Part shown: positions 15,354 to 28,473 of the stretch, in pieces | Layout: every line of letters starts with the position of its first letter | Numbering within the stretch: the stretch's first letter is position 1 | NCBI GenBank assembly: GCA_012295275.1 | Contig: CM022672.1 | Span: 26,784,001 to 26,848,000, forward strand | Direction: 5' to 3' | DNA: 64,000 nt | Origin: Chrysomallon squamiferum | Lineage: Eukaryota > Animalia > Mollusca | Position numbers and translations under genes: made by a program | Notes under the pieces: generated by a model | Seen by the model: the letters and a program-made list of their open reading frames with translations, nothing else | Told to the model about the DNA's origin: nothing | The model's database searches: none

Positions 15354-15577
15354 CAGGGTGTCCACAAAGTCTGGGTACACGGGGAATTATACTATGTTAT
15401 TTATTTATGTTATTTTTCTTACCAGATCGAATGATGGCTCTGTTTAAAGAATTATGCATTGAAAGTAATGGAAATCATATTGAAAACATTATTTATTAAC
15501 ATTAGAATTAAATAGAACTATTTTATTTTAAAAGTATGTGTTAATCCCTTATGTACCCAGACTTTGTGGACACCCTG
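15354..15577. mobile_element. Non-autonomous Tc1/mariner-type element (MITE / internal-deletion derivative), 224 bp
   Basis: Perfect 26-bp TIRs CAGGGTGTCCACAAAGTCTGGGTACA (15354-15379 and 15552-15577), flanked by TA on both sides. Internal 15431-15499 reads ..LCIESNGNHIENII*, resembling a mariner-type transposase C-terminus. Confidence 0.88.
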
Positions 15578-16494
15578 TATATTTTATTTGGAAAAGCATT
15601 ATTTAATAATAAAATATAAAAATGTGTGGCAGCATAGGATAATCAGTCACATGGTGAAAATGATCAAAACTCAGATTTTGATGGAATAAGATAAACCACA
15701 TTCTAAAGATCAGGGATATGTGATGTCAGATACACAGTGCTGCCACACAAATAATGTAAGAACCTCCAGTATTCATGCTTGCTGAAAATTTCTGTTATTT
15801 GGATTATTTTACATCATACATATGAATATAAATAATCTTTAGTGGACTGGGAAAATGCAGCTGTGTTGCATGATACCAGTGTTTGCTGATAATAAAGTGT
15901 TACACAAATAAAATAGTGATTCACAAAGGCTGCCATTTTTCTTGAGTCAGTTACGTTTCTGATTTCTTCATTACTTAATAAACCAAAGAAAAAACTTTCC
16001 TAATAAATCAAGGTGTTTGTTTTGTTTGTTTTATATAAATATTTAAAAACAAAGTCACAATTACATAAAGAAATTGTAAACACGATGAATCAAGGCAGAA
16101 TTGTTATATTATTGTAATACTTTTTATTTAGTAAAGAATGGTTTCTGTGATTAATCTTTTAAAAGTATAGAAAACATATTTAGATTATTTGTTGTCACCT
16201 TAATATGCATTGTTTTTCTCTCATGTTAAATCAACTTTTTAAAACATTAAAATTGTTCTTCAAAGAAATATGCCTTCTGTTGTTTGTTTCATTTTTTTTA
16301 ATTTTTTTTTTTATTTCTTTCTTATTATTATTTTTTTTTTTTTTTCTTATTTTTCTTGTTTTTCTTCATCATCGTCATATTATTATTATATTTTTATATA
16401 TATTTTTTATTTTCCTTTATTCTTGTGGATTTAGGGTGGGGTTTTTTTTGTTTTTTTTTTATATTTTATATTTGTCGATCACGTACTTTTGACC

Positions 16495-16618
16495 AAATAC
16501 GGTAACAGGAAATGCAGCGTTCGTTTGCTTCCGTCTGGGAGCGGTAGTGTTTTATTGGGCGTGGACAGAGTCAAGTTTAGTTTCAGAGACGCGTCGATTT
16601 ATACTTTCACTGGCAAAG
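16495..16618 (+). promoter_or_regulatory. Probable TSS and non-coding first exon of the ADF-H gene
   Basis: A local CpG-rich patch in CpG-poor surroundings, with an ETS-like CTTCCG, ends in AAG|GTAATT (donor). A matching acceptor TACAG lies just before the ATG at 18102. Confidence 0.5.
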
Positions 16619-17252
16619 GTAATTATTTTCACTGTATTCTGCAAATTAGAAAAATATAATGATGATGATAATAATAACAATAGCAAAAATAATAATTAAA
16701 AAAAATGTTTTACCAATGTACATTCCTTTGATCTGACTCGAATGTCATGTGTCACTTTACTCACACAAGACTTTATTTTTATATAAACTGGTAAATATGA
16801 CTGATGTTCTTAGATATCATTTGAAATAAATATCTGATAACAATATAGAGCCTTTGGCTATCTGGCTGTGTTCATTAATAATCAACCTGTCACTGACACT
16901 GGTAAGTCAACATCGCCAATCAAATGTAATATATATAATATATTAATAATAATTAATTTGAGGAAAATGTGTTTTTGTTGTTGTTATTTCCTGCTGTTTA
17001 ACTATCAGACCAAAACACAAATTTCATAATTATATATAATAATTAAATCATTTTTATTTTTTATTTTTTTATATATTTATAAAGTGCATGAATTACCTCA
17101 TATTGTGATTTATGTAAGAAGCAGTTACCAGTTGTTTTAAAGTTCTGAAGTATGATAGTAAATTAATTAATAGATTTATTTCTTTAGATTACATTTCATG
17201 AAATTATCAGTGGTAATCATTTAACACATTTTATTGTAAAGCATCACTTTGA

Positions 17253-17447
17253 TTTAATTACCATAAAAGCCTAAATATATTAATTTTTTAATTTTGTTTA
17301 TTTTATATGCAAAGGAACACAAAATGTATGGTATTCAGATAAATAATTAAGTTATTTAATTACCATAAAAGCCTAAATATATTTTAATTTTTAATTTTGT
17401 TTTATTTTATATGCAAAAGAACACAAAATGTATAGTATTCATACAAA
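17253..17447. repeat. Direct tandem duplication of about 100 bp in the first intron of the ADF-H gene
   Basis: TTTAATTACCATAAAAGCCTAAATATAT...GAACACAAAATGTAT..TATTCA occurs twice, nearly identical. Confidence 0.85.
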
Positions 17448-17822
17448 TCATTTAAATAGAACTGATTCAAATATTTTCACATGAATCTTTATTGTTAAAG
17501 TAAACAGCCACTCATTTTGTGGCACATAACAAAATATTATTTAATTGTGTGCCCCAGAATGTTAGATAAATAATTTATAAAAGCTTTCCAGTGAAACAAA
17601 CGTTTTATTATTTTCAGACTAAACTGTATAAAGGTTAACATATTGTCAGTGAATAACTACAAATGCATTTGCATGCACACACATAGACAGGTGCATCCTA
17701 TACTGTATTTATATAATATATATCTGTGCAGAGTTTGATTGTATGTTTGTGCCATAGCCCGTGGTGACTGAAAATACCAATGCACAAGTAAAATGCCAGT
17801 CTCATATTGCAGCTTGGCAATC

Positions 17823-17872
<50 letters not shown>

Positions 17873-18101
17873 GTAAAAATAATAATAATTTTAAAATCGA
17901 TAAAATTGTTGTACATAAATGTTTTTATAAATGCCAACATTTTTGTTTTTCACAACAGTATCTCTTTTATAACTTTATATCTGTGTTATTTATTATCTTT
18001 ACACATGTAAAGCAAATTCTTATTAAGTAACCATACAAGAACACTTAATTGATTGAACTAAACATTTAATTAATTACATTACAGACTAAAGCTTTAAAAG
18101 A

Positions 18102-19918
18102 ATGAGTACACATACAGAATTTGTCAATGGTGCTAACTTTGAGGAAGCAGTTAAATCAGTCCGAGCTGACAACACAGATGACAAATATCTGGTTGTTGGT
18201 CATGTTGAAAATGATCCAAACAGAGTGACTGTAGTACAAGTGGGCCAGGATTTAGAGGAAATTGGAAGTTTAATGGATGACACCCAAGTTATGTATGCAC
18301 TTGCCAGATATGAAAGCATATTTGACATGTCTAAAACAATCAAATTTGTCTATTTCAGATGGTAAGCTTTATGTATTTATTTATTTATTTATTTATTTTC
18401 AAATTTGGTAGTTGAAGTAATATTGTTTTTAAGAAATCTGAAGTGTTAATATATTTGTACCATCCAGTTTAAAGAATAATATTTATAACATCTAAAATTT
18501 TACTTTAATAAATTATATTAAGAATGCTTACCATGCTTGTAAATAGAAAATAATATTTTGTTTGTTTAAAAGAAATAATAGAAAAAATAAATCTGAGTAA
18601 TTTACAGAATGGAAAAGGCAGACAATAATTATCAATATTAAAGAAAATTTTACAGTCTTAGTTATATTTGTTTAAAAACAACATATATATTATCTCTTTA
18701 GTTCATATTGCTTATAGTTATTTATTTTGTTTTAGGATTGGGGACCATGTACCATTTGTAAAGAAGGGTAGATATGGTGTGGTTTCAAGCAGTATGGAAC
18801 AACACTTTAATCCTTATCACTTGTTTGTAGAAACAAGCTCTCGTGAAGACTTTAACCCAGAGAAAATTTTACAACAGGTTTGTTAGAAACCATTAATTAT
18901 TATTATTATGACATTTTTAAAATTTCACATTATCTAACTTTATTTATTTTCTGACAGTTAATAAAATAATTAAAAGGTATAGTTACAAAATATCTGGTTC
19001 TCTTCATCATTTGGTTACATTCTTCTTAAGAATGCATTGTGGGAAATGGTAGAGCACAATTGGTCTCTTAATTGATTCTTTTCTGTGTGTCTCTAATTGT
19101 GTGTGAAAGATCATGGTGTGTGCTATCCTGTTTGTGAATAAACTGCAACTTTCTAGTTCTGCTAAACAGTACAGCAGGTCCTCGTTGTACATTGTTTCAT
19201 TTCTCTTTATCGTTGACCTCAGAATGTTGCTAATGTATTTAATTTTATCTGAATTTATTTCATATGATTTTGGTTTATTGAAAAACTTGAAATATTTATT
19301 TTAGAGGTGGAGATGGTCCGCTTTTTTATTTTTTAACATTATTTAACATTTTGTTTGTTTGTTGTTCTTGTTAAATTGTTTTGACTGTTATCATTATCAT
19401 TATTTTAATATTTCATTAATTCTTTTCCCATTCTTCCAGCTTGAAGAAACATCGGGAAAGAAGTCAAAGGTCATTGAAAATGTTCAAGGAAGACAAGAAC
19501 GTGGATTTACATCCAATCAGTTACCCAAACGAGGACCAACATCAAAATCAGGATTCTCCTTAGCCACAGAAGGTGCCAAAATAGAAATAACAGAAGATGT
19601 ATACAATGCCATAGCAGCAGTAAGAAACAACGACAACGACACCAGCTGGATGTTGGCAACCTACTTCAACAGTGACCCACTTGGTCCTATTGAACTGGAG
19701 AAGAGTGGGGAAGGCAATATCAGTGAATTCAAACAGTGTCTGCGGGATGATGCTGTAATGTATGGCCTCTACAGGGTTACAGATTCCATTGACAAAATCA
19801 GCACTGTCAAGTTTGTCTATATTATTTGGTAGGTTTAGAATGTTTTGTATGTAGTAATTTGGGATAAGATCTGAAGTTGATATGTATATGGGTATCTCTT
19901 TGAGAGAGAGAGAGAGAG

Positions 19919-19978
<60 letters not shown>

Positions 19979-20443
19979 TATATATATAGAGAGGGGTCTA
20001 TATTTTGTACTTGATACCTGTGTCCCTTATTTTTTTGTTGTTATTTTTAATGTCTCTGTTCCCACGAATGTATTGCAGTTTCAGTTGTGACTGAAATTAT
20101 TACTTTGGTTTTTATATTTTTTATTTACAAAATAAAAATAATTGGCTGGTGCTGCTAAATTTTAAAACTAATCCCCTCAGTGATATTTTCTTCTTTTATT
20201 TTAAAATTAATAGTGAGAATTGTACCTGAGCTAGGGATATTAAACAAACAGGAAAGCTGAGAAAAAAAAGACATAAAGTGTACAAAACTACCAAAAGAAA
20301 ATTGATATATTTACTTATTTTACTTTGCTTTAGTCTTTATAACAAAAAGAAAAAATATTTATGTTTATTTTATTTTACTTTAATTTAGTAAATTCTTATC
20401 TTATTTTTATTGTTTATTTATTGTTTGTGAATTTGTTTTTGAT

Positions 20444-20474
<31 letters not shown>

Positions 20475-20989
20475 TTGATATTATAGGGTCGGTACTTCAG
20501 TAAAGCCAATGACTAAGGCAAAGATTTCCACACACAAAGGAAACATGGATCAGTTATTTGGACCAGCTCATGTCACTTTGTTTGCCTCTGACCAGTCAGA
20601 TATCTCAGAGCAAATCATCATGGAAAAGGTGAAAAAAATAAAAAAAAAAATTGATTGAAATGTGAAATAGTTAAATATGTAGATGTTTAGTCATATGTTA
20701 ATGTAATTATTCATCATCATGAGTAGTTGTTTAGTTATATGTTAGTTTAATTATTCCATTATCATGAGTAGTTGTTTAGTTATATGTTAATGTAATTATT
20801 CATTATCATGATTTTGGTCATCTCTTTTACTATTTCATCACTTGTTTTAATGACTGATGCTAGTTTTTAAGATTAATAATTTATTGTTGTTGTTATTTTT
20901 ATTATCATTATTATCATAGTTATAATGATTATTATTATTGTTATTATTATTATTATTATTATTATTGTTATTGTTATTATTATTATTAA

Positions 20990-21048
<59 letters not shown>

Positions 21049-21093
21049 TTTCAGGTGACATCAGCATCAGGAACAAGATCCAATGTTAAGTGA
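18102..21093 (+). CDS. Tandem ADF-H (coactosin/drebrin-like) actin-binding protein, two domains, about 323 aa
   Basis: Exons 18102-18361, 18736-18877, 19440-19828, 20487-20628 and 21055-21093 give 972 nt in frame, ending in TGA. Each half carries ADF-H motifs: AVKSVRAD..Y / AIAAVRNND..W, DDTQVMYALAR / DDAVMYGLYR, KFVYFRWIG / KFVYIIWVG. Confidence 0.85.
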
Positions 21094-22473
21094 AGAGTTA
21101 GAATATTCTGGAATATTCTGGAAACATTCTTGCTGCCCTGATCCTTGTCAAAAACGATTTCAGTGTCAAAAACAAAGTAAATATTTCAGCTGATACAAGG
21201 ACCAATAATTGTTGTTTTAACCATATTTTTTTTGTATGGATTTTCTGATAAATATGTTATGCTTTTGTGACAAGATGTTTTTTTGTTGTTTGTATACTGA
21301 AACAGCTTAATATACATACAAGCAAAAGACATTTTAAATAAAAACTGTTAATCATTTGGAAAAAAAAATTATTTCATTTTTTTTTATTTTATTAAAATCA
21401 AAACTTATGATATGGTAAAAAATGTCTTGCCTGTATATACATAAATATTATTACATCATATAAGAGAACTTTTGTTACATTTTTGGACAGTCATTATTCC
21501 TTTTTTTTTATATATTTATTTGAAAAGGACCATTTTAATTTAAATGTTATTTATAGATCATTAGAGATATTGTTATAAGTTATATTTACAGAAATGTTGA
21601 CTGTGATCTGAAAGTTGCTATGTTTTTAGGCAGTATTTAGTTGACTTGATGGGCATTAGAATAGTTGGATTAGAATAAGTTAAATATGCAGTGTATTACA
21701 AAGTTTAAAATTAATTAGATATTATTAATATTATCATTGTTATTGATGTTGTTATTATTTTTATTTTTATTTTTATTTTTATTTTTATATTTAGTATCAT
21801 TATCATCATCATTATTATTTTTCTGATTATTATTAATATTATTAAATAATTTATTGCCTTAGTGACAAACACTCGTTACCAAAGATTATTCTTTTAAATA
21901 ATGTTTTCCAAATTTATGCTGTGTTTGTCATAAAGAAAATCAGTCACTGAATGGAATTAAAAACTGTCTTGTCTGTAAAGTATTAAAATTAATACATTAG
22001 TTAGTTTCTGTTTTAACTTGTTAAATAATGAATTTAGTCAAAATGTTGCATTAATAATATTTCATGAAATTTAGTTCTTTACACATCTTTAAAAAGTTAA
22101 TTTTTCTTTAAACACTATACCAATTTGCCAGCTGATTTAAATTTTACTGATAATTAAGTGTGACTGTTATTGACATATGTTTGTAGATTTTGAATGTTAT
22201 AACTCCAATATTACAACAGTTAGTTCACCTTTACACAGTGCTATATCTTGCTGTTAAGTTTTCAACATAAAAAATGCTTTACATGAAAGAAACAATATTT
22301 TTTACTTGTTTACTGAAAATTGTCACTTTCTCCATAATGAACTGATATTAATGTGATTGAAACTGGTTTACATAATATTTGACATTTTGACAAGTTTTAA
22401 TCAAATCTGTTTAATACAGTAGATAACTTATTATAATTATTATTATTATTATTATTGTGATGATGATAATATA

Positions 22474-22508
<35 letters not shown>

Positions 22509-25039
22509 GTGTGTGATGTGTTTTATTTTATTTCTGTTTTCATCAATCCAACATAAAATGCTTTGTGGAAAAAACAAACAAAAACAAAGCTTTATTATGG
22601 CTTCATGTATATTGTGTAAATATATATATAGATAGATAGATATATACACACACACAAAAAAATACTTTTTTTTATTTTTTATTTTATTTTTGCCATTGAC
22701 ACTTTGTCATGGTTTACTGGATCTTATTTTGTATTTTCAACATTTTCAGTTATTTATAATTTTACAGCTTGCTTTTTAGTTTGCTTTTATTTTTAATTTA
22801 ATTATGGCTACTCTGTGACTTCTTATTGTGAGTATTACAGAATTCATGTATATGCATATTGTATATTTATTTGCTCGCAATTCTATTAATGTGATATTTG
22901 ATATATTACTTAATTTATTTTCTTATATGATATTGTCAGTTCTAAAAATGTATGTATTTTTTTTTTTATCTAGCTTGTTTCCTTAGGCATAATTATTTAT
23001 AAAAATGAGTGTGGGGTTGTTCTGTTTTTCAGAAGGTAGGATAGAGATATATGAAAATATTAATGATGAAATAATATGTTTAATGCTTGGTTTAAGATAA
23101 TTAAGAAATTTTTCTCAGCTACTGAAGAGTATATTTGCAGATGGAAAAAAGGCATAACTACAATCAAAATTCAGCCTAAGTATTTAGGAAATATGTAGTC
23201 AATAAGTGTTGTTTATTTATTGTTTATTTTTAGTTGTCTGTTTTTTTTATTGTTTATTTTTAGTTGTCTGTTTTAATAGGATTTTTATTTTTATTTTTTT
23301 TATTTTAGTCTGGGACAGTTGGCTTTCCATGTTTCATTTTTTTATTTTTATATATTTATCATTTTAGCAGCATTCATTTAGAATTTTCATTCACATAATT
23401 AGCATTGTCTGATAAAATAAAAGGAGATTTTAAAACTATAATTGCTTTAAGAAAACAATGGAAGGTAATATTTGGAGAAAAAAAACCAAGTATTTGTTTC
23501 CAATTTGCAATAATATGCAACTAATATTAAATATATTTTTTTCATGTTTAGAATTTGTACCATGCTGTTGGTATTAGAAAATGCAACATATACTAATCAA
23601 AAGCTATTAGTTGGTGCTACATATTTACAGTATTTACAGTATGAGTTTATAATATAGATTTATTCTTGTTATATAGTATTTTTATAAAGATTTATCATCA
23701 GTGTCCATTACAAAGTTACATGCTAAATCAGTCACCAACGATCATAATGTCTGCATAGAGAAATGTATATTCTGCATTAACTTGTATAAATTTACAAATG
23801 AATGCTCATCTAAGCACTTATTTACTGAACCAATGCTGATATAAATACTTATATGTGTGGGGATTTTTGTGTGTTTTGGTATAAAAAATGGAAGATTTTG
23901 CCAAATTGTATTTAAAACGTATTTTTCTGTTTGTTGTATGTTACATGTTAAGTGATTTCAGAACTACAGTATATTCAAACTCACACTACAGAAAATGTAT
24001 GTTTATTTAAAAACTAAAGTGGTTTTGAATAGAATAATAAGGTAAAAAAAATTGTAAAAAGTGTCATGAAATAAAATGAGTTTTTAAGATTTTCACTTAA
24101 ACTTCTTTTTAAGTAAAAGATTGCTTTACATATAAAACAAACAATTCTTAATGTAATTTATAGAATTTTCACTTAAAGCTTTTCTAAACAAGAGACTGCT
24201 TTACATCTTATAAACAGTCTTTCTCTTCCTTAATTATTTTATTTATTCCTAAAATTAAATTGTTTTCCACTCATCATCTGTATGGCTCTAACACATCTGT
24301 TAATAACAAACTTCCATATGGGACATATTATTCAAAACTAGTAACCTATCAAAGGGGAAAAAAAAAAAAATTAATAAATATGTGGAGATAAAATTTTAAG
24401 AATAACATTATAAATAATATTAGACATGGTTTGAAAGAAAGATGTTGATATTTTAAGAATTTATTGTCAAATTTTATAGCAGTTTATTTTGCATTTGTTC
24501 ATCATTTTATTATAATCGTGCAATTAAAATATTTTATATTACCACTAGTAATAGTAGCATTTTAAACCTAAATCTGTTTACATCATCTTGTTTAACTAAT
24601 AAGCTGTCCAGACGTTTTTTCGTTTTACCTGTGTGCAATATTTCAACATTCCGGTTTGTAACTTTATACTGTTAAAAAAATTATTTTAAAAAATTATTCT
24701 GTATACGCGTTGATTGTATTGAGAAGAGATTTGTTTTCTTTCTTTTTTTCTTGAAACAACCAGTATTTGCCAATAATATTAATTGTTTTATTTTTTCTTC
24801 TTATTATTATTTTTAATTTATTTTATTTTTTATTTATTTTTTTATTTTATTTTTTATTTTTTATTTTTTTTATTTTTTTTTTTTTTTCATTCTGACAGAT
24901 ATTGTAAGAGTATATATTATTCCATATAAATAAATAAATGTCGAGAATTGTTTTTTTTTTTTATTTTGCTTAAATTATTATCCCAGACGGAAGGATTAGT
25001 AACATTATATACGGTGACCCATTTGTATAAAACCATTTC

Positions 25040-25225
25040 TATTTTGGTGGAAAGGCACTGCATATTTTTCTTCTAGCTGCTAGAGATCCATCATAAGTAC
25101 CTTCCCACAAACAGAAACGAAAATAACTGGCTGCAGTGCGAAATTGTTCTACGGTAAACAGGAGAATTGATCTTAAAACCTGTTAAGCCTCAGGTTGGTG
25201 TTTATCCAGAGAGCTACGGCCTGCC
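25040..25225 (-). mobile_element. Degenerate SINE-like fragment (minus strand)
   Basis: The minus strand reads GGCAGGCCGTAGCTCTCTGG (A-box-like) ... AGATCAATTCTCC (B-box-like). It shares CAGGAGAATTGATC with 63325-63338. Confidence 0.4.
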
Positions 25226-25857
25226 TGTGTTTAAGAGGAAACCATCTAAAATTTATATTTCTAATATATTTTGAAGCGGTATTAAAATTCTAAAAATGAA
25301 ATATTTTTCGTAAATATTTTCACTGAATCAGTAATAGAAATTAAAAATATCGACGACTAATAAATTATATTTGAGCAATCTAATTATCTTATATGTTATG
25401 TTAAAAGTCAATGTAACAAATTTTATTTGATCAATGTACTTTTATTGGAGTTTTATTCTTTGGTTTACGACCTAACCTTAATGCAATTATTGTGCTGCGA
25501 ATTTAATAATTAATTTCAAACAGCATTATAATGCTGCCCTTTATAAAGCTGTCGTAAATGCATATAAAGTGTAAAAAGAAAATGGAAAAAAAAAAAAAAT
25601 ATATATATATATATATTTTTTTTAATTCACAGTCTGTTAGACCCTTTTTTAAAGTTATGATGAAATCTATTCGAAAACTTTTATTTTATTTTAATTTTAC
25701 TTATTTCACTTTATTTTATTTTATTTGTGTGACTTCTAGCATTTTATACAATCTCTGTATTGTTAACGAACGGCCGAATAGCAAATATAAAACTACAGAT
25801 AATAAAATTAAACAAAAGAACACTCTTGTCAGCTCGAGTAATAATTTTCATTTAAAT

Positions 25858-27111
25858 TCACTCGCTAATTAATTTTCCCTTTTCATATAAGAATATATTT
25901 TCTGGACAGTTAGTTCCGTTTTGTTGGAGTTCTTTCCAAACTGCAAGCATAGTTTCGGGGCCACAAGCATGGAGCAGAGTCAAATGAGGATCTTTTGCCA
26001 CGTCACACTTTGCACTGTGATTTCTTGTGCGTCTTTCAATTTTGCAGTGCATCGGTCGAATCTTGTAACCCAAACTGCGTCTTAGAATGCCTGTTACATA
26101 TATATCCTCAATAGGAATGTATGGCAAATAAAGTGATTGATTGAACAAAGCTTGTGCAACAACGACAGGCATTACATAACCTCCGCCAGAAGTGTACACA
26201 GGATACATTTTAAATGGAAATTCCCTTTCGATAACTTGCCATTTCGACTTGAGTCGTACGGGAGATTGACCTCTATTTATACGTCCATAAATGGTCTCTT
26301 CCTTAGGAAGACTGTGTACAAATTTGACAAGCCGAGGCACATGAACGAATACGTCATCGTCTGTTTTCAGATAATAGCTGGCTGCTTTGCAGAATGTGGA
26401 AACCCAGAAGAGACAAGCAACCGATTTTGCCGTCAAGTTCTTATACGCTTCTAAAACGTCTTCTTGGATTATATCGTTAAAACGTTTTTCTTCGTAATCT
26501 ATTATTTTTTGTTCAGATTCGTACTGGCACTTTCCAAATATAAACGCTATTTTAACATCACCAATCACTGAAGAACCCATCCATGTTCCATTCCTTACTG
26601 CACCTGCCCACGTTTTACGAATAGCATTGCGATGATTCTGTCGAGACGGCATAGAAAAAATGAGAATAATTAAAGTTAATTTTGTCTTGTTACATATACC
26701 ACTGCCGTTTTTTAAAAACCGGAAATGATGTGGGTTAACCACAAACGATCTTGGCGCATAGTACTCTTCTTTAGTAAGATTCCATTTTAAATTTTCATCA
26801 GATGTCGTGTTTAAAACTGTTTCTGCTCTCTTCGGTGATGGCATTTTTGATGTAGCCCTTTGACTCTTTTCTAAATTGTACTTTCCTTTATAATCAAATG
26901 TTTCTTTTTTAACAGAATGCGGGAGAATTCGTAAGCTGCGACGGCTGAGTCCTGGATTTGGTTGATATACCTTGAGAATATGCCCCACGCGAGGTAACAT
27001 GTAAGATACTTTACCAAGCAGGAAACGCGAACAAAAAAGGAATATGATCAGTAAACTGGTAAAAAGGAAAATACGTAGCAAACGCTGGCAGCTTCGAGAG
27101 CATTTAGTCAT
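25858..27111 (-). CDS. Beta-1,3-galactosyltransferase-like (CAZy GT31) type II Golgi membrane protein, 417 aa, single coding exon
   Basis: N-terminal TM anchor and GT31 motifs RNAIRKTW, DIIQED..AYKNLTAKS, KTDDDVFV (DxD), YPVYTSGGGY and IEDIYVTG. A pyrimidine tract plus AG about 10 nt upstream of the ATG indicates a 5'UTR intron. Confidence 0.92.
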   Translation of the reverse strand: MTKCSRSCQRLLRIFLFTSLLIIFLFCSRFLLGKVSYMLPRVGHILKVYQPNPGLSRRSLRILPHSVKKETFDYKGKYNLEKSQRATSKMPSPKRAETVLNTTSDENLKWNLTKEEYYAPRSFVVNPHHFRFLKNGSGICNKTKLTLIILIFSMPSRQNHRNAIRKTWAGAVRNGTWMGSSVIGDVKIAFIFGKCQYESEQKIIDYEEKRFNDIIQEDVLEAYKNLTAKSVACLFWVSTFCKAASYYLKTDDDVFVHVPRLVKFVHSLPKEETIYGRINRGQSPVRLKSKWQVIEREFPFKMYPVYTSGGGYVMPVVVAQALFNQSLYLPYIPIEDIYVTGILRRSLGYKIRPMHCKIERRTRNHSAKCDVAKDPHLTLLHACGPETMLAVWKELQQNGTNCPENIFLYEKGKLISE

Positions 27112-28250
27112 TGTAGAAATTCTGAAGAAAAAAAAAATGTATAAATAAATTTAAAATAAAATCAGTTACCATGAAAGAGAAGCTAACATCGAACAGTCTG
27201 TAAAATGCAATTATTCTTATATCATTTCACAATAAAAAAATAAAATAAAGAGAAAAAATGTGTGTCTGTTTTTATGTAAAAAGCAACTATTTGATATATC
27301 GTTATATTTCAAGCACATAATTAAGTAACACTATTGGTACTATTAGTATGTGCTTTTAAATAATTCATTATTATTATCATCATTATCATCATCATTATTA
27401 TTATTTCTATTTTTATTTTATATATATATTAAACAAATTCTTTATTATTATTATTAGAGGATTTTCTTATTTTTATTATTATTATTTTTTTTTAGACGTC
27501 CAGTACTTACTTATAATATTACAAGAAATGTAGTTAACGTGATTTTATAAATTGTGTCTGGTTCTATTTTTTTTTTTTTTTTTCACAGAATATTATTCTG
27601 AAAATAATAAGCTTCATAAAGTGTGTGCCAGTGATTCGAATATTTAATTAATGTACATTGAAAAATAGCAGCTAATTTGGTGTTCGTTAAAAATATAATA
27701 ATATATGTTATTGCTAAGCACAGAGTTATTAATATATTTTATTATTGAAAAAACATAAAATAAAAGTAATAAAAAAGACAATAATAAACAGTAAAAAAAA
27801 CATTATTATCTGGTGTGTTGAGACTTGTGTGCCGCATTTCAGGTGATAATTAACATTCAAATTTGGTATTATTGGATATACACAGGCACAAATATACTGA
27901 ATATACAAACAAAAACACAGCTCATACATACATATATACATACATACATCACATACATACATATATACAGCACATACAAACATATATACATACATGCATC
28001 ACATACATACATATATACAGTACATACATACATATATACATACATACACACATACTTACAGAGATAAATATATAAGTATGTATGAGCATATGCATTTCAT
28101 TTGTATATGTATATAAAACCTACAACCACTATAAGCAGTAAAAGATAATGACTAAATTTCTGTAAAAACAAAACAAATAAATAGTTGTTATTTAAGAACT
28201 ATTTTGTTTTGAAATAATTTATAGTCTTTGAAAGCTTCTACTAAATCATT

Positions 28251-28473
28251 ATGCCTGAATCTACTACTCTCGAGAGCGATGAGTTGAAAAATTAAACAGT
28301 TAATTTTATTTTGTTTTTGTTTTATTCAGGATAAAATTAATAACTGGCTGCTGTTGTATTAAGATATCCGCTTTATAACATGCGCAGAGCCTCGCTGCAT
28401 TCTGCATTCGATCCTTCGCAGGAGAAAACAGATACCCTAAGACAGTAATCAGTTATTTCCTGCATTTATGCAA
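28251..28473. mobile_element. Interspersed repeat, copy 2 of the 6885-7117 family
   Basis: Shares the 5' block GAATCTACTACTCTCGAGAGC, AAACAGTTAATTT, AATAACTGG..AAGATATC, AGAGCCTC.CTGCA and TAAGACAGTAATCAGTTATT with copy 1. Confidence 0.68.
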
